Made by a program: the position numbers and the translations under genes
Shown here: positions 56,101 through 64,000 of the stretch, piece after piece
Position numbering within the stretch: position 1 is the first letter of the stretch
Layout: each line of letters begins with the position of its first letter
Origin: Ilumatobacteraceae bacterium
GTDB taxonomy: Bacteria; Actinomycetota; Acidimicrobiia; Acidimicrobiales; Ilumatobacteraceae
DNA length: 64,000 nucleotides
NCBI GenBank assembly: GCA_044354565.1
Contig: JBIKZT010000001.1
Location: 724 to 64,723, forward strand
Direction: 5' to 3'
Notes under the pieces: generated by a model
Seen by the model: only the letters and a program-made list of their open reading frames with translations
What the model was told of the DNA's origin: nothing
The model's database searches: none

Positions 56101-56925
56101 ATGAGCGCAGTAGAAACAGGAACAGATCATCTCCTTGGACGCATCGAGGGACACGTTGCTGTTCTTTCTTTCAATCGCCCCGAGGCGCGTAATGCCCTTT
56201 CAGACGAGATCTACGATGGATTCGCCAAAGCTCTTCCTGCGATTGCTGCGGACTCAAACATTCGTGTACTCATGCTCACCGGAGAAAACGATGCATTTTG
56301 TGCTGGTGGCGACGTAAAGGGAATGCACGCACGCAACTCGGGCAAATCATCTGGCCGCGGCTCAGTCGAAGATGCCATTGCGCGACTTCGCCACATTCAA
56401 AACCTTGTCAGTGGTTCCATGCGCAGACTTCCGCAACCTGTCATCGCTGCTATCCCAGGTGCTGCCGCTGGTGCCGGACTTTCAATTGCACTTTCTGCCG
56501 ACTTGCGAATCGCTTCTGAAAAAGCACTACTAGTGACTGCATTTGCCAATGTTGGTGCAAGTGGTGACTTTGGAATGTCGTGGTTCTTACCACGCATCGT
56601 TGGCGAAGCACGTGCGAAAGAATTGATGTTCACATCACCTCGCCTTAGCGCTGCAGAAGCACTCGACCTTGGAATGGTGAACAAAGTGTTCCCACAGGAA
56701 AAATTTGCAGAACACGCAATGAACTACTGCCAAGAAATGGCTGAGCGCGCTCCTATCGCATTGCGATACATTAAGGAAAACATCAACCGTTCGTTGTCTG
56801 TCACTCTTGAAACTGCACTCGATGCTGAAGGTGTTGCAATGCCTCGCACAATGTCAACTGCAGATCACCGTGAAGCTGCTGCGGCGTTTGTAGAAAAGCG
56901 CCAACCAAAATTCATTGGTCAATAA
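56101..56925 (+). CDS. enoyl-CoA hydratase/isomerase (crotonase) family protein
   Basis: FNRPEARNAL, TGENDAFCAGGD and IAAIPGAAAGAG are present. Confidence 0.85.
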   Translation: MSAVETGTDHLLGRIEGHVAVLSFNRPEARNALSDEIYDGFAKALPAIAADSNIRVLMLTGENDAFCAGGDVKGMHARNSGKSSGRGSVEDAIARLRHIQNLVSGSMRRLPQPVIAAIPGAAAGAGLSIALSADLRIASEKALLVTAFANVGASGDFGMSWFLPRIVGEARAKELMFTSPRLSAAEALDLGMVNKVFPQEKFAEHAMNYCQEMAERAPIALRYIKENINRSLSVTLETALDAEGVAMPRTMSTADHREAAAAFVEKRQPKFIGQ

Positions 56926-58047
56926 CTAGTTAGGTTCGCGTGGAAGGCCCAAAGCCCTTTCGCCAATTGTGTTCTTCTGAATCTCATCGGTGCCACCACC
57001 AAGTGACATTCGAGGCGCATTCAAGATGTGATACATCCAGAATTCACCATCTTTATCGCCCACTTCATGTGCCGCTGCTCCACTGAGTGCTAACTGTGCA
57101 GCAACCGAAGCAACAAATCGTGCTTGCTTTGTTCTCCACAACTTTCCAATACTTGGATGCGCTTTACGTTGTCCAATCCAACCCATGATCTTTTCGCCTG
57201 TATATGCGCGAGCAAGATCTTGACGAATTGATTCGTCGCTGTTCTTGCCAACCTTGGCCGCAATGTCTAACAAGTAGTGCACTGGAACTGCAGCTGAAAC
57301 GTTTGCTTCACGTTTTTCATCTGCGCCTACTTTGCCAAGCGAACTTCTTTCATGAGCCAGTAGTCCGGTAGCTGCACGCCAACCATCATTCACTTCACCC
57401 ACAACCCATGCACGGGGAATTCGTGCGTCTGTAAAGAACACTTCATTGAACTCTGCTTCACCAGTCATCTGACGCAGCGGGCGCACTTCAACACCAGGTT
57501 GGCGCATGGGAATTAGCAACATAGAAATACCTTTGTTGCGCGGTTCGTCACCTGTACGTGCAAGCAGAACACCCATGTCTGAATGTTGGGCACCAGATGT
57601 CCACACCTTCTGACCATTTACTATCCACTCATCACCATCAAGGACTGCCGTGGTGCGCAGACTCGCAAGATCACTGCCTGCCTCAGGCTCTGAATACAAC
57701 TGACACCAAATATCTTCAGCTCGTAGAGCACGCCGAATGAAGTACTGCTTCAACTCTTCTGTTCCGTATTGCATAATGATGGGAACAGCCATATTGAGGC
57801 CAATGCCCAACATTCCATCTTCAGTTGGCAATCGCCCTTGCGCAGCAATTTGAAAACGACGAGGGCCATCAACAACATCTGTACGACCGCCATAGGCCTC
57901 GGGAATTCCAAAGCCCACAAGACCTGCATCTGCCATTGCGGCCCGCAACACACGAACACGCCGTTCAGCACCTCGGCCAGCATCTTTCATTAGCGCTGGC
58001 AACGTAGCGAAGAAAGCCTCTGCCTGCTTCTCGAAGTCGTCGACCAT
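56926..58047 (-). CDS. acyl-CoA dehydrogenase family protein
   Basis: QLYSEPEAGSDLASL, W.VNGQKVWTSGA and GGTDEIQKNTIGER are present. Confidence 0.85.
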   Translation of the reverse strand: MVDDFEKQAEAFFATLPALMKDAGRGAERRVRVLRAAMADAGLVGFGIPEAYGGRTDVVDGPRRFQIAAQGRLPTEDGMLGIGLNMAVPIIMQYGTEELKQYFIRRALRAEDIWCQLYSEPEAGSDLASLRTTAVLDGDEWIVNGQKVWTSGAQHSDMGVLLARTGDEPRNKGISMLLIPMRQPGVEVRPLRQMTGEAEFNEVFFTDARIPRAWVVGEVNDGWRAATGLLAHERSSLGKVGADEKREANVSAAVPVHYLLDIAAKVGKNSDESIRQDLARAYTGEKIMGWIGQRKAHPSIGKLWRTKQARFVASVAAQLALSGAAAHEVGDKDGEFWMYHILNAPRMSLGGGTDEIQKNTIGERALGLPREPN

Positions 58048-58084
58048 GTCACTGACACTATTCGTTAGATACGGTCATAGGTGC

Positions 58085-59332
58085 ATGAACGCGCACCATT
58101 CGCCCCAGCCCAATGGTCAACGACCACTCGAAGGCATCCGGGTCCTCGATTTCACACGCGTCCTCTCGGGCCCGCATTGCACTCGCATGCTTTCAGACCT
58201 TGGTGCCGATGTAATCAAGCTCGAACCACCAGAAGGTGACCTCACACGTTTTGCATTTCCCCGCGTTGGTTCAATGTCTACTTATTTTGCTCAGCAGAAC
58301 ATTGGCAAGAAAAACATCTCCATGGACCTCAAGCAGCCAGAGGCCATTGCATTAATCAAGCAACTTGTCGAGCATTGCGACATTGTGGTTGAAAACTTCC
58401 GAGCCGGCGTCATGGACAAACTTGGAATCGGATACGAAGTCTTATCGGCAATCAACCCACGCATTATCTATGCAGCAATCAGTGGTTACGGAAACTCTGG
58501 TCCATGGATGCAACGTCGCGCATACGCATCTGTGGTGAACGCAGAAACTGGCCTTACTGGTTTGCAAGCATCTGCTCGCGGTGGCGACATTACAAACGAC
58601 CCTCATAGCCACGCCGATGTATACACAGGGATGGAAATGGCATCTGCGATTCTCGCTGCGTTGTATCAGCGCACCAACACAGACACCGGCCAGTACATCG
58701 ATGTATCAATGGCGCAAACCATGATGTACGTGAACGAACACGTACAAAATGAACTGTTCGATCGCCCTGTACCTGCCGGACAGATTCGCTCGTTTCAACC
58801 CGGCGATTACCCGGTGTTACAAACAGCCGACGGACGAAATGTAGTTGTGAGTGGTCACCCTGCAGAACGCGGAACATTTGACCTCTTTGTGACGGCAATG
58901 AATCGACCAGAACTATTGACTGATCCACGATTTACTGATGTTGAAACTCGTTTGAAAAACTTTGAAGAGTTCAGCACCATCATTCGTGAATGGGCAGCAA
59001 CAGTTCCAAACCCCGATGCACTTGAAAACATCATGGAGGTTGCTGGTTTAGCCATGGGAACACTGCGCACTATGGATGAGCTGTCTCATACCGACTGGGC
59101 TGCAGAACGAAACGTGATTATTGATGCCGACGATCGTTCAGGCTCCACCATTCGTGTTCCGAACTCACCATGGATGTTCTCAGGCTCCGATACGTCAACT
59201 CGTGGAGTTCCAAAATTTCGCGGCGAAGACAACGCCGAAGTGTTCACCAGCCTGTTGGGAATTTCACCTGAAGAAGTAGAGCTCCTTACTCAGGCCGGCG
59301 TGCTCTCTATTCGGTTACCGAAAACTAGTTAA
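58085..59332 (+). CDS. family III CoA-transferase (CaiB/BaiF type)
   Basis: [35 protein letters not shown] is present. The ATG at 58085 was chosen. Confidence 0.85.
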   Translation: MNAHHSPQPNGQRPLEGIRVLDFTRVLSGPHCTRMLSDLGADVIKLEPPEGDLTRFAFPRVGSMSTYFAQQNIGKKNISMDLKQPEAIALIKQLVEHCDIVVENFRAGVMDKLGIGYEVLSAINPRIIYAAISGYGNSGPWMQRRAYASVVNAETGLTGLQASARGGDITNDPHSHADVYTGMEMASAILAALYQRTNTDTGQYIDVSMAQTMMYVNEHVQNELFDRPVPAGQIRSFQPGDYPVLQTADGRNVVVSGHPAERGTFDLFVTAMNRPELLTDPRFTDVETRLKNFEEFSTIIREWAATVPNPDALENIMEVAGLAMGTLRTMDELSHTDWAAERNVIIDADDRSGSTIRVPNSPWMFSGSDTSTRGVPKFRGEDNAEVFTSLLGISPEEVELLTQAGVLSIRLPKTS

Positions 59333-59763
59333 CGACCGGAGTGGCCAAATCCGCCACCGCGATTGTTTTCATCGAGACTTGACACTTCAGTCCACGTCAC
59401 TTCTTCTACGCGTTGAATAACAAGTTGTGCAATGCGATCACCGCGATACACGTGATATGGACGAACTTGGTCGGTATTCAAGAGCACCACTTTTAGCTCG
59501 CCGCGATAATGAGAATCAATCAATCCAGGTGCGTTCACCACGCTGATGCCGTGATTCAGTGCAAGCCCACTACGTGGCAGTACAAACCCTGCAAAACCAA
59601 TAGGTATTGCAATCGCAATTCCCGTTGCCACCAATTCACGCCCACCATTTGGTGCAAGAACTGCGTCATGAGCCGCGTACAAATCAACGCCAGCATCACC
59701 CGTATGCGCTTGCTTCGGGAGTGGTAGCCCCTCATCTAGGCGCATGACTTCAATCTCTGGCAT
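59329..59763 (-). CDS. dut: dUTP diphosphatase
   Basis: GDAGVDL, RSGLA, GLIDS.YRGE, DRIAQL and a C-terminal [10 protein letters not shown] are present. Confidence 0.92.
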   Translation of the reverse strand: MPEIEVMRLDEGLPLPKQAHTGDAGVDLYAAHDAVLAPNGGRELVATGIAIAIPIGFAGFVLPRSGLALNHGISVVNAPGLIDSHYRGELKVVLLNTDQVRPYHVYRGDRIAQLVIQRVEEVTWTEVSSLDENNRGGGFGHSGR

Positions 59764-59824
59764 CTCTCCACGCTATGACCTCTCCACATACCTCTGCAAT
59801 CGCAGAAGGCAATAGATTGGTGAA

Positions 59825-60388
59825 GTGCTGATTTGGATGGACCTCGAGATGACAGGGCTAGACCCCGAGACTGACGTCATTGTCGAGATAGCCACCCTTG
59901 TTACGGATGACGAATTGAACATTGTGGCCGAGGGCCCAGAGTTAGTCATTTTTCAACCAGACGATGTTCTTGCGCGCATGAATGATTTCGTCACCAAGAT
60001 GCACACCACCTCAGGGCTTCTTGAACTCATCAAAGTCTCCACCGTGAGTGAAGCCGAAGCCATGCAACAAACGCTCGACTTCATAAAAGTACACAGCCCC
60101 GAATCCGGAAAGATTCCACTGTGCGGCAACAGCATTCGTACCGACCGCAGTTTCCTTGCCAAGTACATGCCCGAGATTGATAACTGGTTGCACTACCGAT
60201 GTGTCGACGTATCAACAGTAAAAGAGCTCGTGCGTCGCTGGTACCCAGGTGTGGAACATGGTCGCCCAACAAGTGTGGGTCAAACGCATCGTGCCTTGGA
60301 TGACATTCGTGATTCCGTTGCCGAAATGGCTTACTACCGTGATCGCGTGTTTCGCTCCCCAGATGAATTGAAGAAGCCCGCTACGTGA
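59825..60388 (+). CDS. orn: oligoribonuclease
   Basis: LIWMDLEMTGLDP, LCGNSI..DR.FL and H.ALDDI..S DEDDh motifs are present. GTG start. Confidence 0.9.
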   Translation: MLIWMDLEMTGLDPETDVIVEIATLVTDDELNIVAEGPELVIFQPDDVLARMNDFVTKMHTTSGLLELIKVSTVSEAEAMQQTLDFIKVHSPESGKIPLCGNSIRTDRSFLAKYMPEIDNWLHYRCVDVSTVKELVRRWYPGVEHGRPTSVGQTHRALDDIRDSVAEMAYYRDRVFRSPDELKKPAT

Positions 60389-61440
60389 GCACAGACACAC
60401 CTCGACCGTTGAAGTCTGAGCAACTACAAGCCACAGATGAAATCGTTGAAGTAGCGCCTGGAGTTCTGCGTACTCAATTGCCCGCCAACATCACAGGCCT
60501 TGGTCACGTGAACATGTACGTGCTGGAAGACGAACGCGGTGTCGCAGTAGTAGATCCTGGTCTTCCTGGAAAAGATTCGTGGAAAGCACTCACAAACAGA
60601 CTTTCTCAAATTGGTGTGCCGCTCAAACGCGTGCACTCTGTGATTGTGACCCATAGTCATCCAGACCATTACGGCGGTGCGGCGCAATTGCGCGCAGAGT
60701 CTGGTGCGGACATCATCACTCACCGACTCTTCCGTACATTCTACGACCCCACTGAACCACCCGATGTAGATGCAGAAGAACTTGCACTGATGATGCGTTC
60801 ACCATTTGAAGCACCACCGTGGGGTGGGCCAGCAATGGATGTTCCCTGGAAACGAAAATTGCGTATGCGCGCAGCACAAACTTTTCCACGACTCATGAAA
60901 GTGCCAACACCTTCTGTTCGGCTTCGTGAAACCGACCGCATGAAGTTTGCAAAACGCGATTGGGTAGCAGTGCATACGCCCGGACACACACACGACCATT
61001 TGTGCCTTTTTGACCCAGAAACAGGCACTTTATTGAGTGGTGACCATGTATTGCCGTCTATCACTCCGCACATCAGTGGCCTCACTGCACATGGAGACCC
61101 ACTCACTTTATTTTTCGACTCCCTTGACAAGATTGGTAATTTTTCGAATCAGATTTCGATTGCATTGCCAGCGCATGGAACTCCATTTACCAATGTTGGA
61201 GAACGCGTGCAACAGATCAAGGATCATCACGCCGAACGCTTACAAAAACTGCGCGACACCAGCAATAGTCTCAGCAGGCCTGCAAGTGTGATGGAGTTTT
61301 CTACTCACCTCTTTTCACCACGCGCACAAGGTGCAATGGCAGACAGTGAGGCATACGCCCACTTAGAGCATCTGCGACTTCTCGGTGATTTCGAACGTCG
61401 CGATATTGATGGCGTGTTCGAATACGTACTTAAGGGTTAG
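60385..61440 (+). CDS. MBL-fold metallo-hydrolase
   Basis: THSHPDHYGG is present, with later HTPGHT and GD ligand contexts. It overlaps the orn stop. Confidence 0.8.
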   Translation: MSTDTPRPLKSEQLQATDEIVEVAPGVLRTQLPANITGLGHVNMYVLEDERGVAVVDPGLPGKDSWKALTNRLSQIGVPLKRVHSVIVTHSHPDHYGGAAQLRAESGADIITHRLFRTFYDPTEPPDVDAEELALMMRSPFEAPPWGGPAMDVPWKRKLRMRAAQTFPRLMKVPTPSVRLRETDRMKFAKRDWVAVHTPGHTHDHLCLFDPETGTLLSGDHVLPSITPHISGLTAHGDPLTLFFDSLDKIGNFSNQISIALPAHGTPFTNVGERVQQIKDHHAERLQKLRDTSNSLSRPASVMEFSTHLFSPRAQGAMADSEAYAHLEHLRLLGDFERRDIDGVFEYVLKG

Positions 61441-62200
61441 TTCCGCACCACATTGCGGCATGCGTCGTATTGTCGACCGACACAAGAAGTTCAATGTCTT
61501 CTATTTCTGTCGTCACTAGCCTTTGCACAGTCTGGCCTTGTTCAATTTGTACAACATGCTCTACCACTGCTCGCAATGGCGCACGCAGATCTGACCTCGC
61601 CGCTAAAGACTCTTCAACAATTTCCCAATACGCGGCATTGTTCATATGACCAACAGCATCAAAGTCAGAAAAACGCAGTGGCCAATCCTGTGGCATCACA
61701 GTGTTACCAGTAGCAAATTCTTTTTCGCGCAAAATCAGACGAGCATTTACTTGTCTGCCGGCAGCAGACTCAAGCAGCAGCGCCGCAACATCTTCTGGAA
61801 CACGACTTGGTTGCAATGTCGCTTCATCAACATGCACCCACAATGCAGCAGCATCAATAAGCACTGTTCCGTCTGTTGCTGAAATACGTGTACGCCGTTC
61901 TGCCCAATGCGAACCAACGCCTCCACACCAAGTAGTCAGATCAATCTCTTGTAAGTACGCGGGGAACTCGTGCACATCAATCACAGTGCGACGCACGACC
62001 CACCAATGTGGATCGCTCCAATCTGCATCACGCGTGTCGTCGTTGGCCACGTCTTGCAAATACCGAGCTACCGCATCAAGACGCAGCCGGCCCTTTGGGG
62101 TGGCATCTCCCAATCTCACACGGCGGCGAGTGGTGAACTGTCGGCCAGGACCTGGGCCGTCGACCATCTGAAAGGGCACAGATTGATCGCGAAAGGACAT
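61430..62200 (-). CDS. acyl-ACP thioesterase family (double hotdog) protein
   Basis: 256 aa. RRRVRLGD....G.LRLDA.ARYLQDVA.DD resembles the N-terminus of the acyl-ACP thioesterase family. Confidence 0.6.
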   Translation of the reverse strand: MSFRDQSVPFQMVDGPGPGRQFTTRRRVRLGDATPKGRLRLDAVARYLQDVANDDTRDADWSDPHWWVVRRTVIDVHEFPAYLQEIDLTTWCGGVGSHWAERRTRISATDGTVLIDAAALWVHVDEATLQPSRVPEDVAALLLESAAGRQVNARLILREKEFATGNTVMPQDWPLRFSDFDAVGHMNNAAYWEIVEESLAARSDLRAPLRAVVEHVVQIEQGQTVQRLVTTEIEDIELLVSVDNTTHAAMWCGTNP

Positions 62201-62296
62201 CTAGGCACCTTATCTGTGAAGGCAAAACCCTTGTGGGTATTGGATTTCATTAAATCAGTTGACGAACGGCCATAAAGGTGGTTTCCTAGGAACCTC

Positions 62297-62461
62297 ATGC
62301 GTATCAATCAGACCACCGCGTTTATGGGAACCACGGCAACAGCCGTGGCGTTTGCCTATACCGCCACTGTGGTTGATCACGCCTTCTCCATGTGGTCATC
62401 ACCGGCAACAAAGCACGCCAATAAGCGTCGCGCCCGGCAGCCCCGTGGGGTTCTGATCTAA
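62297..62461 (+). CDS. 54-codon upstream ORF in the whiB7 leader (MRINQTTAFMGTTATAVAFAYTATVVDHAFSMWSSPATKHANKRRARQPRGVLI)
   Basis: I translated this by hand; it is absent from the track (<60 aa). The ATG follows AGGAA by 4 nt. It ends 23 nt before the terminator hairpin and is rich in Ala/Thr. Confidence 0.5.
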   Translation: MRINQTTAFMGTTATAVAFAYTATVVDHAFSMWSSPATKHANKRRARQPRGVLI

Positions 62462-62495
62462 CACACAGATCACACTCACTCACCAGGCCGCCGGG
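62433..62495 (+). promoter_or_regulatory. candidate antiterminator pairing between the uORF 3' end and the terminator 5' arm
   Basis: CCCGGCAGCC (62433-62442, uORF codons 46-49) can pair with GGCCGCCGGG (62486-62495) at 9 of 10 positions. This pairing is mutually exclusive with the terminator stem. Confidence 0.35.
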
Positions 62496-62518
62496 ACACC
62501 ATCCCGAGCGGCCTTTTT
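62485..62518 (+). terminator. intrinsic terminator (attenuator) 57 nt upstream of whiB7
   Basis: AGGCCGCCGGGA-CACCA-TCCCG(A)GCGGCCT forms a 12-bp GC-rich stem with one bulge, followed by a TTTTT run. Confidence 0.8.
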
Positions 62519-62574
62519 GCTGTATCCGCCCTAATCACCACCACACAACACCCACACCGAAAGGAATCACAGAT

Positions 62575-62925
62575 ATGTACACATCAATCAACATCGACAT
62601 GGGAGGCACCACGCTTGTAGAGGAGCCCCTCATCCTCTCCAGCAAGCGCTGCGCCGACGGAAACGGCACCCTGAGCTACCTGTTCTTCTCTGACGAATGG
62701 GTGGACATCCAGCGTGCCAAGGCCATCTGCTCCAAGTGCGCTGACCAAGCCATTTGCCTCTCTGGGGCCCTCGAACGTGAGGAGCCATGGGGGGTCTGGG
62801 GCGGAGAAGAGCTCGACATGGGTCGCATTGTGGCGGTTCGCCGGCCACGCGGCAGACCAGCCGTGAAGGCGAGACCTGTCACAGTCATTCAAGAGGTACC
62901 GATTCCCCGGCACCTCGTAGCCTGA
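62575..62925 (+). CDS. whiB7: WhiB7-type Wbl family transcriptional regulator with a C-terminal AT-hook
   Basis: Four Cys are present (C..., CSKC, C). REEPWGVWGGEELDMGRIVAVRRPRGRPAVK closely parallels the mycobacterial WhiB7 EPWGVWGGE...RPRGRPRK region. AAAGGA RBS. Confidence 0.85.
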   Translation: MYTSINIDMGGTTLVEEPLILSSKRCADGNGTLSYLFFSDEWVDIQRAKAICSKCADQAICLSGALEREEPWGVWGGEELDMGRIVAVRRPRGRPAVKARPVTVIQEVPIPRHLVA

Positions 62926-62929
62926 GCAC

Positions 62930-63511
62930 ATGACATGGAACCGGCGCGCAGTAGTTCTTGCGGTTCCTGTCATCGTGCTAATTGTCAGCGTTGTCGGAGG
63001 GTGGGCCCTCAGCCTTTCATCCGACAACGTTGACGCCAATCTCACAACACCTGGAACAGAACAGTTCCCCACCATCGGCACAAACGCCAATAACACAGGA
63101 AAGAAATTTCCATTTGTTGAAGTGATAGACAATGCCACTGGCGAAGCAGGAATCATCTCGCCTGCTGGAAAGCCGATGGTGGTGAACTTCTGGTATTCCA
63201 CATGCGAACCGTGCAAGCGAGAGATGCCTGCGTTGTCTGCAGCTTCCCTGAAGTACGGATCACAAGTTGATTTTGTTGGCATTAACCCCAACGACACCAG
63301 TGAAGTTGCAAATGTGTTTCTTGCGAAATACAAGATCACATACCCCACATACCTAGACGATGGTGATCAACTTGCCGCTGCTGGCGTCGCCACATTGCCC
63401 GCAACATTTTTCCTTGATGGCAAGGGAAACATTATTGAGCGACGCGCAGGCGAAGTGAGTGCTGAAGATCTCACCAACATTTTGACTACCAAACTCGGTG
63501 TTACAGAATGA
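62930..63511 (+). CDS. TlpA/ResA-type membrane-anchored thiol:disulfide oxidoreductase
   Basis: N-terminal TM anchor and the thioredoxin motif VVNFWYSTCEPCKREMP. Confidence 0.85.
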   Translation: MTWNRRAVVLAVPVIVLIVSVVGGWALSLSSDNVDANLTTPGTEQFPTIGTNANNTGKKFPFVEVIDNATGEAGIISPAGKPMVVNFWYSTCEPCKREMPALSAASLKYGSQVDFVGINPNDTSEVANVFLAKYKITYPTYLDDGDQLAAAGVATLPATFFLDGKGNIIERRAGEVSAEDLTNILTTKLGVTE

Positions 63512-64000
63512 TCGCGCTCGACGGAAACTTTGCATACAGCTTTATTCTTGGAGTGATGGCCGCAGTTAACCCGTGCGGTTTTGTTTTGCTCCCTACGTAC
63601 CTTGTGTATTACCTAGGCACCGAGCTACACAGAGACGAAAGCAATGCAACCACATTGCGTCGCGCTATCGGCGTCGGCACAGCAGTGTCATCTGGGTTCG
63701 TCGGTTTGTTTCTTGTTGTCGGTCTGATTTCGAGGCTCTTCACCAAATCCATAGAGCAAAATGCAAAATACGTTTCCTTAGTAATAGGTATCGCCCTCAT
63801 TGCCATGGGTATTGCAATGTTTCGCGGATGGAAGCCACCTGTTGCACAACCAGATGTCTCGGTGCAGCGCAAACGAACCCACTGGAACATGTTTCTCTTT
63901 GGCATCGTGTACGCCATTGCTTCTATTGGCTGCACCATTGGATTTCTCACATCCGTCATTCTTGGGTCAGTCGGTCGCAACGGATACCTCTCTGGTGTCA
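63508..64000 (+). CDS. ccdA: cytochrome c biogenesis protein CcdA (DsbD family), 3' end outside window
   Basis: I translated this by hand. MIALDGNFAYSFILGVMAAVNPCGFVLLP... has the conserved NPC and a later SIGCT Cys. ATGA overlap with the tlpA-like gene. The ORF is open to the window end. Confidence 0.8.
   Translation, partial: MIALDGNFAYSFILGVMAAVNPCGFVLLPTYLVYYLGTELHRDESNATTLRRAIGVGTAVSSGFVGLFLVVGLISRLFTKSIEQNAKYVSLVIGIALIAMGIAMFRGWKPPVAQPDVSVQRKRTHWNMFLFGIVYAIASIGCTIGFLTSVILGSVGRNGYLSGV

Noticed and set aside
62259-62456. 65-aa TTG-initiated ORF in the whiB7 leader (from the track)
   Set aside because: It has no RBS and a Pro/Arg/Trp-rich off-frame-like sequence. It overlaps the ATG-initiated 54-codon uORF, which has an RBS and ends in a sensible position relative to the terminator.
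62584-63348. 254-aa minus-strand ORF
   Set aside because: It is antisense to two recognisable plus-strand genes (whiB7 and the TlpA-like thioredoxin protein). It has no recognisable motifs and looks like a shadow ORF.
1-64000. CRISPR arrays, transposases, toxin-antitoxin pairs or known defence systems
   Set aside because: I found no spaced direct-repeat arrays. The only tandem repeats are the 3 x 9-nt unit at 42766-42792 and in-frame low-complexity tracts. No nuclease/helicase/methylase gene sets typical of defence islands were recognised.

Overview
This is a very gene-dense 64-kb chromosomal segment with about 75 CDS, two tRNA-Ser genes and an SRP RNA. Intergenic space is minimal, many start/stop codons overlap, and many convergent gene pairs touch or overlap. 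It looks actinobacterial: it has a WhiB7-type Wbl protein, a tRNA-Ser/tadA/tRNA-Ser arrangement, a Gram-positive-type Flp/Tad locus and an acyl-CoA carboxylase epsilon subunit.

Most of the content is core metabolism and DNA/RNA housekeeping:
- Ethylmalonyl-CoA pathway genes: ecm, ccr, epimerase, thiolase.
- pccB-accE.
- Two ACAD/CoA-transferase/crotonase sets.
- xseA-xseB-polyprenyl synthase, dnaX-recR, rmuC, a FEN-type exonuclease, dut, orn, map, coaA, msrA.

Two stretches look accessory and, by eye only, more AT-rich:
- 2.76-8.96 kb holds a six-gene amino-sugar/aminocyclitol-type tailoring cluster: PIG-L deacetylase, DegT aminotransferase, G1PDH-like dehydrogenase, Gfo/Idh/MocA oxidoreductase, ceramidase-like hydrolase and AspH-like oxygenase. 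It has no glycosyltransferase.
- 40.4-46.2 kb holds a ten-gene, translationally coupled Flp/Tad pilus operon. It lacks tadZ, has an atypical pilin processing site, and ends in a membrane-anchored winged-helix/BTAD (SARP-like) protein.

Regulatory highlights:
- A whiB7 homologue is preceded by a 54-codon uORF, a candidate antiterminator and a strong intrinsic terminator.
- The 3' CCA of tRNA-Ser(GGA) shares its final A with the tadA ATG.
- An 18-bp perfect palindrome lies in a divergent promoter region.
- A 3 x 9-bp tandem repeat lies at the flp/tadE junction.

I recognised no CRISPR array, transposase, integrase or known defence system. All functional calls come from motif recognition in the supplied translations. 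Nothing can be called novel without database searches. The best candidates for an undescribed system are the 2.76-8.96 kb cluster and the Tad operon with its terminal membrane regulator.
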